Positions 9,715-19,069 of a DNA stretch of 43,558 nucleotides are shown one piece after another (the stretch's first letter is position 1; every line of letters begins with the position of its first letter). Where the stretch lies: positions 1 through 43,558 of the forward strand of contig JABCSY010000025.1 of assembly GCA_018238625.1 (NCBI GenBank), written 5' to 3'. The notes under the pieces were generated by a model. It had not been told where the DNA came from and made no database searches. It saw only the letters and a list, made by a program, of their open reading frames with translations. This DNA comes from Promethearchaeota archaeon (GTDB taxonomy: Archaea; Asgardarchaeota; Lokiarchaeia; Sigyniarchaeales; SOKP01). The position numbers were made by a program, and so were the translations under genes.

Positions 9715-10740
9715 ATGAAATTAAAGAAATACAATTTATTTGGGATAATATTTTTAGGTATTTTAATTCTTATGAGTACATCGAGTTTAGTTTCTGCTAG
9801 CGATGACGATGACGATGGAGTCGATGATGAACTTGAGGAATTACATAAGAGAGATATTAGCATCGAATTCGAACCTAGTCAAATCCAAATCGAGTCCTTA
9901 ATGAGAAATGGAGCTCAAAAAGACGAGATTCAGTTGCAAATAACTTTTGATAGTGACGGATTAGGTATTGAAATTAGCTATGAATCAGAGATTTCTTCGG
10001 AAAATGCGACTGAGTTCGAAATAGAATTTGGAGTATCATTTCAAGAGCTAATTGAATTTGTTGATTTGGATGATGATGGGATTTTCAGTCCATTAATTGA
10101 TGATACTATTCAAGAAGTTCCTTTAGATAGCTTTCAACCTGTTGTTTACACTCCAATAAATATTTCTGATGATACTAGGCTTCATTATTTTATTATTAAC
10201 ACAACTGATGGGGTATTTACGGCTCACATTTACTTAGTAGAGGAGTTTGAAATCATTAATGGAACTTTCATCAAACCAACGCAAACGAAAATTGATATTG
10301 AGATTACTGACTTTAACTATATCAATAGTTCCTCCCAACTTGCTTTATATACGAAATTAGAATCTGAAGTTGAATATGAAGATGATGAACACACTGAAAA
10401 CGAAGAAGAAGGATATGCAAGCGAAGAAAAGGGAATCATTGCTTCAAATAATGATTACGCAGGCTTTTTTACATGGACAGAAAATGCGTCAATAGATGGT
10501 GTGTCCAAGGTGGTTTTAGGAAGTCCTATCCAAGTGGATGACGACGATGAAAACGAACAAAAAATATATTTGAATTATCCTCGCGGTAATCATATATATC
10601 ACGATCCTGTAATGGGTGTTATGGTGTTTCCTAAAGCATCAGAGATAATACCTATTATAGTTATTATATCTATTGTATCAAGTGTAGGAATTGGTGGCGT
10701 TATATTAATTCTAGTACTCAGAAGAAGACGAAACTTCTAA
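9715..10740 (+). CDS. Acidic secreted single-pass membrane (surface) protein, paralog A
   Basis: Signal peptide, DDDDDGVDD and DLDDDG Ca-loop-like motifs, IYHDP, C-terminal TM followed by RRRR. GGAG SD. Confidence 0.8.
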   Translation: MKLKKYNLFGIIFLGILILMSTSSLVSASDDDDDGVDDELEELHKRDISIEFEPSQIQIESLMRNGAQKDEIQLQITFDSDGLGIEISYESEISSENATEFEIEFGVSFQELIEFVDLDDDGIFSPLIDDTIQEVPLDSFQPVVYTPINISDDTRLHYFIINTTDGVFTAHIYLVEEFEIINGTFIKPTQTKIDIEITDFNYINSSSQLALYTKLESEVEYEDDEHTENEEEGYASEEKGIIASNNDYAGFFTWTENASIDGVSKVVLGSPIQVDDDDENEQKIYLNYPRGNHIYHDPVMGVMVFPKASEIIPIIVIISIVSSVGIGGVILILVLRRRRNF

Positions 10741-10891
10741 TAAATACCTAATACAACATTAATCTTTTTTTTATTTTATTTAAGTAAAAGTTTTTAATCA
10801 AGTCTATAAGAATAAAACTTAAAGTTGCCGATTTATGAAATTTATCAAAAATAATTAAATAAAAAAGTAATTCGTTAGAAGGGAATTAAAA

Positions 10892-12271
10892 TTGAGTAAG
10901 AGAAGTAGTCTTTTTATAATGATTCTAATTGGAATATCTTTAATGAGTCTCAATTTTAATTACGCTACTGCTTCTGACGACGATGGCGATGGCATCGATG
11001 ATGACTTAGAAGATTTAAATAAAAGAAACATAACAATTGAAATAGAAGCTGATCAAATTCAAATCGAATCCTCTTTAAGAAGCGGTAATCAAATTGATGA
11101 AATTCAGCTGAAAATAACAAACGATAGCGAAGGATTAGGTATAGAGGTCAGCTATGATTCTGAAATAAATTCGACAGAATTCGAATTAGAATTTGGAATA
11201 AAATTTCGTAAACTCGTTGAGTTCGTTGATATTAATAGTAATTCTATATACGATCCACTAATCGATGATACAATACAAAATTTTGATCTAGACGATTTTC
11301 AACCTGTTATTTATAGTCAATTTAATATTAATGACGATTCAAAACTTCATTACTTCATAATTAACTCAACAGACGGAGTATTTACTGCTCATATCTATTT
11401 TGCTGAAGAGTTTCACGTTGTTAATGGAACTTTAATTTCTCCCATTCAAACGAAAATCGACATAGAGATTTCTAGTTTTCCATATATTAACGCTAGCTCT
11501 CAAATAGCGTTGTATACTTCCTTAGAATCTGAGATTGATTATGAAGAAGAAGATGATACGGAAGACGAAATAAGAGAATATGCTACCAACGAAAAAGGAA
11601 TAACTACTAAAATCAATAATTTTATAGGTATATTTACATGGAACAACAACGCTACTATTGACGGGACTTCTATAGATGTGTTAACGAGTGATTTAGATAT
11701 TGACGATTACGACGAAGACGAGCAAAAATTATATCTTACCTATTCTCGAGGGTCACATATTTACCACGATCCTAAAGTGGGTATCGCAGGTATTCTTAGA
11801 TTTAAAAATATTATCGATAATCCTTTTTTTCTAATATTTTTAATAGCTATTATAAGCTCATTGAGTATAAGTATTGGTTATGCAGTTTATCGATATAGAG
11901 ACCGGCTTTTTTCAAGTCAGTATACGGAATTAGAATTAAAGAAGGATACGAGTGGAATTCTTGGTAAGATAAAATATGACTCGGAAAGATTAGGCGCTTT
12001 ATTCGATAATAAACGACTTTTGCGTCAATTAGAAGATTTTGCATCTGATAAAATGTCAAATATAGAGGATATAAAAGTAACAGCACTCTCAGAAGACTTT
12101 TTTAAAGTTATTAATACTTTTGATTGGGAGGAAGATGATTTAATAGACTTTACCCGGGAAATGATCGCTCTACCTCCAGAAGAAAGGGATGCGGTTTTCA
12201 AAGAAATGATAAATAAATCTGAGCAACAAAAGAAAAATAGGGTTGACGATACTAAGAGGCTTTACACATAA
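10892..12271 (+). CDS. Acidic surface protein, paralog B, with TM helix and ~125-aa cytoplasmic domain
   Basis: Ectodomain collinear with 9715..10740 (QIQIES, IQL, LHYFIIN.TDGVFTAHIY, QTKIDIEI, SSQ.ALYT.LESE, HIYHDP), then TM and helical tail. Confidence 0.8.
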   Translation: MSKRSSLFIMILIGISLMSLNFNYATASDDDGDGIDDDLEDLNKRNITIEIEADQIQIESSLRSGNQIDEIQLKITNDSEGLGIEVSYDSEINSTEFELEFGIKFRKLVEFVDINSNSIYDPLIDDTIQNFDLDDFQPVIYSQFNINDDSKLHYFIINSTDGVFTAHIYFAEEFHVVNGTLISPIQTKIDIEISSFPYINASSQIALYTSLESEIDYEEEDDTEDEIREYATNEKGITTKINNFIGIFTWNNNATIDGTSIDVLTSDLDIDDYDEDEQKLYLTYSRGSHIYHDPKVGIAGILRFKNIIDNPFFLIFLIAIISSLSISIGYAVYRYRDRLFSSQYTELELKKDTSGILGKIKYDSERLGALFDNKRLLRQLEDFASDKMSNIEDIKVTALSEDFFKVINTFDWEEDDLIDFTREMIALPPEERDAVFKEMINKSEQQKKNRVDDTKRLYT

Positions 12272-12272
12272 T

Positions 12273-12917
12273 ATGGAATTAGAGCTGGTTGAAGACGAAA
12301 AAACTATTTTAAACATTGTCCACGATTATTTGAATAAAAATCGTCAATTCACTTTTGAAGAAATTATACCATATATAAATTCAAGAATTAGACTAAGTTC
12401 TATAAATATTAGCAACGAGGGAGTTAGGAAGATTTTAATATCCATAACAAACAAAAGATTAATTGTAGAAGGATCTAAGTTAACTAAGGCTGAAATATTG
12501 AATAATGAAAAGCGTAATGAAATTTACGATTTTATTTTAAAAAACCCAGGAACTTATTTTAATAGAATACTTCACGAGTTAAATTATGGAAATCATATCA
12601 TTGTTTGGCATCTAAGTATGTTATTAAAATTCAATTTTATATCCAAAGAAATCTTAGAGAACCACGAAATATATTTTGATACAACTACAGAATTTAAAGA
12701 TAAAAAGGCTAAGTATTTTACTACAAAAGTAAAAAGTCAAAAGATTATTAACTTCATGAAAAATGACAATTTAGGGTGTTCAAAAACGAAATTATCGCGT
12801 GAGCTAAATATGCATATGAATACCCTTGCAAAATATCTCAACCTCCTCGAAAAATACGGCGTAATTGTTAAAAAGAAGATTGATGACAGATATTTATTCT
12901 TTTTAAGCGAGTATTAA
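12273..12917 (+). CDS. Multi-winged-HTH transcriptional regulator
   Basis: RNEIYDFILKNPG..FNRI...L....IIVWHL and SKTKLSRELNMHMNTLAKYLNLLEKYGVI. ATG at 12273 lies 1 nt after the upstream stop and is more likely than the TTG at 12243. Confidence 0.85.
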   Translation: MELELVEDEKTILNIVHDYLNKNRQFTFEEIIPYINSRIRLSSINISNEGVRKILISITNKRLIVEGSKLTKAEILNNEKRNEIYDFILKNPGTYFNRILHELNYGNHIIVWHLSMLLKFNFISKEILENHEIYFDTTTEFKDKKAKYFTTKVKSQKIINFMKNDNLGCSKTKLSRELNMHMNTLAKYLNLLEKYGVIVKKKIDDRYLFFLSEY

Positions 12918-13035
12918 GTTAGTTATACTTTATAATCTGTGATTAATAATTACTTTAAATTTTGTATAAAACAATTTAAATTCAATTACATAATCTTATA
13001 AACAAGAGAAATTCATTTTAAGGTGAATAAAATTT

Positions 13036-14358
13036 TTGACGGTTAAAACTCTTATAATTGGACATGGAGCAAGGGAACACGTAATAGGAGAGACTTTAGT
13101 TAGGGATGGCGCCACTTTATACGCGTTCATGAGCTCCAAGAATGCGGGCTTAGAAGACCTAAGCCAAGGAAGGATAAAGATTCACTCAGAAACAGATTTT
13201 AAGGAAATAATAGATTTTTCTAAAAAAAACAACATTGATTTTGTTATTATTGGTCCAGAGGCTCCTTTGGTTGTTGGAATCGTCGATGCTTTGGAAAAGA
13301 ATGGAATTCCTTGCGTAGGACCTAGAATAGAGGCTGCTCAATTAGAAGGATCAAAATTATTCACTAGAGCTCTTTTGAAAAAATATAAAATCACATCGAA
13401 TATCAGAAGTAAAAGTTTCAATTCCATGGAAAATGTAGAAAGCTATCTTAAAGATTTGGGCGTAGAAAACGTTGTTGTTAAGCCAGATGGCCTAACTGGA
13501 GGAAAAGGAGTAAAAGTTTATGGTGACCATCTTTATTCGAAACAAGATATTTTAGATTATTGTCAAGCGTTAATTAAACAAAAATCACCATTTCTAATTG
13601 AAGAAAAAATCTCAGGAGAAGAATTCACACTTCAGACATTTGTTGACGGGAAAAATGTCGTAGGTACGCCCTTAGTCCAAGATCATAAAAGAGCTTACGA
13701 AGACGATACTGGCCCAAATACAGGCGGTATGGGAAGTTACTCAATGGCGAATCATCTGATGCCATTTATCACTCAAAATGATGTGGACGAGGCTCTCGAA
13801 GATATGAAGAAAGTTATTGCCGCAGTTAAGGCAGAGACGGGCATTGAATATAAAGGATTTTTGTACGGAGGGTACATGAAAACGGTAAAAGGCATTAAAT
13901 TAATTGAATTTAATTCTAGGTTAGGAGATCCTGAAGCAATGAACGTGTTGCCTATATTAAAAACTAATTTCATTGATGTTTGTATGGGAATAATAAATGG
14001 CAACTTAAAATCCAACATTGAATTTGAGAACAAAGCTACAGTATGCAAGTATTTGGCACCCGAAGGATATCCTGACGCTCCCAAGAAAGACGAATTGGTA
14101 AAAATAGATAAAAATAAGTTGAAACAGATTGATGCGAGATATTATTATTCTTCGGTTTACCGCAAAGATGATGAAATTTATACTACAACTTCAAGAGCTA
14201 TAGGAGTCGTTGGGATTGCGAACGATTTAGAAAGTGCGGAAAAGATTGCTGAACAAGGAGTTGGATGTATAAGTGGGAAATTATTTTATAGAAAAGATGT
14301 TGGAACCTTGGAGTTATTGCAAAAAAGAATAGATCACATGAATTCTCTCTTGAAATAA
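13036..14358 (+). CDS. purD: Phosphoribosylamine--glycine ligase
   Basis: IIGHGAREH, IGPEAPL, AAQLEGSK, VVKPDGLTGGKGV, QDHKRAYEDDTGPNTGGMG, EFNSRLGDPE. Confidence 0.97.
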   Translation: MTVKTLIIGHGAREHVIGETLVRDGATLYAFMSSKNAGLEDLSQGRIKIHSETDFKEIIDFSKKNNIDFVIIGPEAPLVVGIVDALEKNGIPCVGPRIEAAQLEGSKLFTRALLKKYKITSNIRSKSFNSMENVESYLKDLGVENVVVKPDGLTGGKGVKVYGDHLYSKQDILDYCQALIKQKSPFLIEEKISGEEFTLQTFVDGKNVVGTPLVQDHKRAYEDDTGPNTGGMGSYSMANHLMPFITQNDVDEALEDMKKVIAAVKAETGIEYKGFLYGGYMKTVKGIKLIEFNSRLGDPEAMNVLPILKTNFIDVCMGIINGNLKSNIEFENKATVCKYLAPEGYPDAPKKDELVKIDKNKLKQIDARYYYSSVYRKDDEIYTTTSRAIGVVGIANDLESAEKIAEQGVGCISGKLFYRKDVGTLELLQKRIDHMNSLLK

Positions 14359-14361
14359 TAT
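14316..14361 (+). repeat. 46-bp direct repeat, copy 1 (purD 3' end)
   Basis: ATTGCAAAAAAGAATAGATCACATGAATTCTCTCTTGAAATAATAT, 45/46 identical to 16099-16144. Confidence 0.95.
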
Positions 14362-14536
14362 CAAAAAATTAAATGTGTATAAATTAGAGATTTTTCAATA
14401 GATGAATTCTCTTTTACCAAATTATTACAAAATTAGGATTTAAAATTCGGAGATTTCCCAATACTCCCGTTAAAATTAAAGGTTGCATATTTAGCGAGCA
14501 AATCTTATAATATTTGTAATAATTATAATATTCATA

Positions 14537-15991
14537 ATGAAAACAGAAAATCAAGATAAATTTCGTACAACAATTCTCATCATCTATGAGATAATAACAT
14601 TCTTTCATTTTGTAAATCCTTTATTGATATTTTATGATTCTATATATCCAGTTAACCCACTTATTACTATACTAATTGGATATGTATTTTCGGGGAGCTT
14701 CTTTTTCGTGATCTCAATCTATATACTCTATAGGAAGAATTCTTCGATATTCCTGATCTCGGGATTCATTGGATGGTTGATGACGGGATATTTGGTTTTT
14801 AACTATTTCGATAACATTCAATCCATGACTTTAAATCTCTGGTTATTCAGTCTCTGGTTATTCAGTCTCTGGTTATTTACAGGGGTTTTTCTGCTCTTTC
14901 TTCAATTCAATCGAGAAAAACTTGGACTCACTTCTTTAAAGAGCCGTACAGCATCAGAACAGATAGTTTCAACGCTAAAGGAGAAGATTTATATAATCAT
15001 CCCAATAAGTGGTCCTATCGTGATCTTGTTCACTATCGTTGCCTTAACCTTACTTACTTCAGGGTTATCACGCTCATTGTCTTTTTTAATTTTATTCATT
15101 CCTTTCTCAATTTCCACAATATTGCTTAATGATAAAAACACTATTAGAATAAGCTTGTTTCACTTCGCAGGATATTCAGCTCTGCTTATTGATACGGTTA
15201 TTTCCCTTAATTATAATTGGATTCCTGCCTTATGGAATGCAGATGATCTCGTTCCCTTATTGGGACTTCACTATTCCATTCACGATTTAATTTTTACAGT
15301 GTTATGGCCTATTTTCGGCACCATACTATTATTATTGTGTTTTTCAAGGATAATTAGTCATCTTTATCTTAAATATAAAGCTTTCACTATGAGAAAATAT
15401 GAAAACACATATGTCCAAATACAAGATAATTATAGGTTGTCTTCAAAAAAGTTAATGTCACGAGTGCTTTATGTAGTTTTAATGAGTTTTGGGATGATTC
15501 GCTTTTTGATTTCCTTGAATTTGTATTCTCCTGAGATAATCGCGTCGAATTGGCAGTCTTTTTACCATGATTTACCAGATAAATACCTACTTTTTAACTC
15601 TCCCCTTCTTGTATTACCTATTATTGTTGCAATTTCGTCTATTGGGTGGATACTTGAGGATATAGGATTAATGCATTATAAATATGATGGAAAAAAGAAC
15701 TTCTTCGAGTTCGAACCAATTCATTATCGATATAATAGCTTTTTAAAGGGATTTGCTGGCATCTCTACAATTTTCTTCATATTTTCTTATATTATTGAAG
15801 GCTTGTTATTGCCTTATAATTCGATCAGTTATATAAATCAATACCTCATATTTAACCTCATGATGGGTTTTCTCTCTGCTGCAGCAATGCTTCCAGGCTA
15901 TTTTATCTATAATAGATTAAACAAGGACCACTTGATAAAGAATCTGCAAAAATTAACAGATCTCTTTGAGATTAAATCTAAGGAAATGTGA
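14537..15991 (+). CDS. Polytopic membrane protein, hypothetical
   Basis: 484-aa ORF with roughly a dozen hydrophobic segments. WILED.GL..Y and GFAGIS motifs near the C-terminus. Confidence 0.75.
   Translation: MKTENQDKFRTTILIIYEIITFFHFVNPLLIFYDSIYPVNPLITILIGYVFSGSFFFVISIYILYRKNSSIFLISGFIGWLMTGYLVFNYFDNIQSMTLNLWLFSLWLFSLWLFTGVFLLFLQFNREKLGLTSLKSRTASEQIVSTLKEKIYIIIPISGPIVILFTIVALTLLTSGLSRSLSFLILFIPFSISTILLNDKNTIRISLFHFAGYSALLIDTVISLNYNWIPALWNADDLVPLLGLHYSIHDLIFTVLWPIFGTILLLLCFSRIISHLYLKYKAFTMRKYENTYVQIQDNYRLSSKKLMSRVLYVVLMSFGMIRFLISLNLYSPEIIASNWQSFYHDLPDKYLLFNSPLLVLPIIVAISSIGWILEDIGLMHYKYDGKKNFFEFEPIHYRYNSFLKGFAGISTIFFIFSYIIEGLLLPYNSISYINQYLIFNLMMGFLSAAAMLPGYFIYNRLNKDHLIKNLQKLTDLFEIKSKEM
14836..14877 (+). 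repeat. In-frame 15-bp tandem repeat (TCTCTGGTTATTCAG x2.8)
   Basis: Read directly. Encodes LWLFS-LWLFS-LWLF. Confidence 0.95.
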
Positions 15992-16098
15992 AATAAAAGA
16001 GACAATTATAACGAAACCTATTTTGAAAACTTTACATAGATGATTTAGAGTTAGGGCATGCAAATTAATGTTGCAAATTATGTTTAAGGTTGAAAATA

Positions 16099-16144
16099 AT
16101 TGCAAAAAAGAATAGATCACATGAATTCTCTTTTGAAATAATAT
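16099..16144 (+). repeat. 46-bp direct repeat, copy 2 (orphan purD 3' end)
   Basis: One C>T mismatch versus 14316-14361. Confidence 0.95.
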
Positions 16145-16146
16145 TA

Positions 16147-16168
16147 AAATATACACATGTGTATATTT
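16147..16168. promoter_or_regulatory. 22-bp perfect palindrome (candidate operator or recombination site)
   Basis: AAATATACACATGTGTATATTT is self-complementary. Function is inferred only. Confidence 0.5.
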
Positions 16169-16215
16169 AACATATAGAACATTTTGAATATTAAAATTAA
16201 TCTTGAGGCTTAAAA

Positions 16216-16410
16216 ATGGATAAAATAATGAAATTGGAAATACACGGCTCAATCTTATTGATTACTGGTATGATTTTGGTTTTGATTTGGTCTTATTATA
16301 AGTTAGAATGGTGGTCTTCTGTGTTTGGTTATTTAGCTTTATTCTTTTTAATTGAAGCAATCTGGCATTATTGTACTGCTGATTATAAAAGAATTAAAAA
16401 AGAAAATTGA
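16216..16410 (+). CDS. Small two-TM membrane protein
   Basis: GAGG SD upstream, two hydrophobic helices, basic C-terminus. Confidence 0.65.
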   Translation: MDKIMKLEIHGSILLITGMILVLIWSYYKLEWWSSVFGYLALFFLIEAIWHYCTADYKRIKKEN

Positions 16411-16510
16411 TGAATTATCAATTAAAATAAGCTGGTACAAACCTTTTTTCTAAATTATATTTTATAAAGATTAGATTCTAATATCTGTAGCTCTTATTTT
16501 AAATTGAATT

Positions 16511-17002
16511 ATGGATTGGCATGCTAGAAACGCTAATTTTAACGCCTTAATCAAACAATTATTTCACGAGAAAGAAGCCGAGAAAAGAGCTGAAGCGGCG
16601 AGACAACTTGGTTTTTTAAAGGATGGAAGAGCCGTCAATTTATTGTGTCGTGCGTTAAATATCGAAAACGAACCGATGGTTGTTAATAGAATTATTGAAG
16701 CTTTAGGGCAAATAGCAGATGGCCGGGCAACGCTAAGAATAATAGAGAAATTGAAAGAGGAAATTGAAAAACCAGAAATTGAGTTGGATAAGTTAAAAGT
16801 GATTTTTATCATCGAAAGTTTTGCAAAAATAAAAGATAAAAGAGCTTTAGAATACTTAGGACATTTTCTTAAATCATCTGACGACAAATTGCGAGAACTT
16901 ACCGAAAATGTGTTTGATATGATCGAACCAGATTGGCGTAGAATCGTTGAAAAAGCTCGTAGAGAAAGATCAATCCCGGATATTTTTAAAGTTAAAATGT
17001 AG
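16511..17002 (+). CDS. HEAT/PBS-lyase repeat protein
   Basis: RAEAARQLG..KDGRAV..L, IIEALGQI.DGRA, IKDKRALEYL. Confidence 0.85.
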   Translation: MDWHARNANFNALIKQLFHEKEAEKRAEAARQLGFLKDGRAVNLLCRALNIENEPMVVNRIIEALGQIADGRATLRIIEKLKEEIEKPEIELDKLKVIFIIESFAKIKDKRALEYLGHFLKSSDDKLRELTENVFDMIEPDWRRIVEKARRERSIPDIFKVKM

Positions 17003-17126
17003 CTAATTTTATTTCTCTAAAAAAAAATAATAATTACTTAATAAGAAGTTATTTTAATCTCTTGTTATTCAATTTATCTAATTTCTTCTACACTAATTAT
17101 ATCTCATTAATTTAGGCAATTTAATT

Positions 17127-18236
17127 ATGACTCAAAAAAACGTTTGTTGCTTTGATTTAGAAGGACCTATAAGCGTTCTAGACTTCGCTGCTGAATTAAG
17201 CCGCTTATTAAGTAAAAAAACCAAGCTTGATTTACAAAAGTTTAATATGGGCGAATTTTTTGAGATGATTTCTAATTACGACGATTACCTTATCGATGTT
17301 TCTGGCGTAAAAAAGAAGTTAAACATTCCAAATTATCAACCTGGGGATACTTTGAGATTGATGGCTCCGTTATATATGTCTTGTTTTTCCGATGAAGAAT
17401 TAGTTGAATTAGCAAATTATAATCTTGGTTTATTGCCTGGTTGCATAGAATTAATGGGAGTATTACACAAAGATTGGGATATATTCATTATTTCTACGAG
17501 TTATCGTCATTTCGCACATAGTGTAGCAAAAAGGTTGGATATTCCACTAGATCACGTCTATTGCACAGATTTAAACATTAAAGAAGCAAATAAAACTATT
17601 TACGATATTGAAGGAGATGTAAAAAACTTAGTAGGCACCATATTCCAAAACTACATAGATAACGATAAAAATTTGGATTTAGTTATAAAAGATCTAAATA
17701 AATTTTTTTGGAATAATAAAGAATCTGATTACGTTAAAGCAATGAACTTGGTTGAAGTTAGGGGCGGTAAAAGAAAAGAAATGGCAGTTGAAAGCATCTC
17801 TAATATAACTCAAGTTCCAATATCTGAAATGGTAGCGCTTGGAGACTCGATTACTGATATTAACATGCTTCAAAGATTAAAAGACGAAGGGGGAATTGCG
17901 GTTTCCTTTAATGGAAATCGATTTACTGTAGGTAGATCGAACATTGCGATTACTACACCGAACAATTTAGGAACGCTAGCAATTTTCGAATCTAAAAATA
18001 ACATCGAAAACTTTCTCGATTCTTGGGAAAAACTTTATAGTAGCTTTAAAAATAACCCTGAAAGAATACCAAGTAAATTAGTATCAAAAGAAGTTAAAAA
18101 TTATTTTATTAAATATAAATTTGTACCCGAAATTGATAATTTGTCTAATAGAACTGAAAAAGAGCTCGATCTAATAATTTTAAAACAAGAAAAATTCAGA
18201 AAAAAAGTCCGAGGATGGGCGGGAAACTTAGCGTAA
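17127..18236 (+). CDS. HAD-superfamily hydrolase (archaeal EhaR/COG4030-like)
   Basis: Motif I FDLEGP, YDD and PGDTL segments, motif II ISTSY, GGKRK, motif IV GDSITD, VSFNGN. Confidence 0.8.
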   Translation: MTQKNVCCFDLEGPISVLDFAAELSRLLSKKTKLDLQKFNMGEFFEMISNYDDYLIDVSGVKKKLNIPNYQPGDTLRLMAPLYMSCFSDEELVELANYNLGLLPGCIELMGVLHKDWDIFIISTSYRHFAHSVAKRLDIPLDHVYCTDLNIKEANKTIYDIEGDVKNLVGTIFQNYIDNDKNLDLVIKDLNKFFWNNKESDYVKAMNLVEVRGGKRKEMAVESISNITQVPISEMVALGDSITDINMLQRLKDEGGIAVSFNGNRFTVGRSNIAITTPNNLGTLAIFESKNNIENFLDSWEKLYSSFKNNPERIPSKLVSKEVKNYFIKYKFVPEIDNLSNRTEKELDLIILKQEKFRKKVRGWAGNLA

Positions 18237-18262
18237 ACTAGAAAATTAGAAAAAGATTCATT

Positions 18263-18883
18263 TTATCGAGGTTTGTCTCGGAAATGTTTATCGTAGAATC
18301 TCTTTCCTTTTATTAAGTCCATTAAAAAAAGACTGTAATGGAAATATTGCTTAATAATGAACTTTAAAATGATAACAACGAAGAAAGACCCGAGCGCTAA
18401 TATTAAATTAGTTGGATAGGGATTAACGAGTGAAAATAAAACTGGTGTATAAAAAAATAAAGCCTCCCAAAATCTTTTGGTAAAATATTCATCAAACTTC
18501 TTTTTTTTTAAGCTTTCATAGCAACTACAACAAATTAAAGGCATTTTCATCTGAAATTTTTCCTCTAAATAAATTTTTTGTATGATGGTTAACATGCGAT
18601 CGATTTTATTACCACAAAGGTTGCATTCAAAGCGAGTTCTGTTGATCCTATCGAATTCAATTTTATCTATATCAGCCTTAGGAAAAAAACAATCGTCGTT
18701 TTTATAATGTGTACAAGTTTTACACGTTAATTGGGTTTCCATCTGCATATCTTCAAATGGCGTCTTCTCTGGTTTAATAAATTGAGGATAATTTGAATGA
18801 GATTGACATATAACTCTACCTTTTTCATCGATTTCAAAAGAAGGTTCAATAAATGTCATGATGTATTTTTTATTTCCATTCAA
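18263..18883 (-). CDS. Cys-rich (putative Zn-binding) protein with two C-terminal TM helices
   Basis: CQSH, CKTC..C, CNLC, CCSC, then a hydrophobic hairpin. Confidence 0.7.
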   Translation of the reverse strand: MNGNKKYIMTFIEPSFEIDEKGRVICQSHSNYPQFIKPEKTPFEDMQMETQLTCKTCTHYKNDDCFFPKADIDKIEFDRINRTRFECNLCGNKIDRMLTIIQKIYLEEKFQMKMPLICCSCYESLKKKKFDEYFTKRFWEALFFYTPVLFSLVNPYPTNLILALGSFFVVIILKFIIKQYFHYSLFLMDLIKGKRFYDKHFRDKPR

Positions 18884-19069
18884 TAATTGCAGATTAGAAA
18901 AATCTCTTCTATATTTTTACTATAAGGTGTGATCAGTAATTAAAAAATGCCATTATCCTCAAGTTGAAGTTAGTGATTTAAATAAATCTTATATTCTTAT
19001 TATTATAAGATAATATCTTATTTTTTAATAAGATATTAATCTACTAATTTAAAGAGGTTTTTACGAAAT

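Noticed and set aside
17127-18236. Energy-converting hydrogenase subunit
   Set aside because: The EhaR label reflects gene neighbourhood in methanogens. Only HAD motifs are seen and no eha genes are adjacent.
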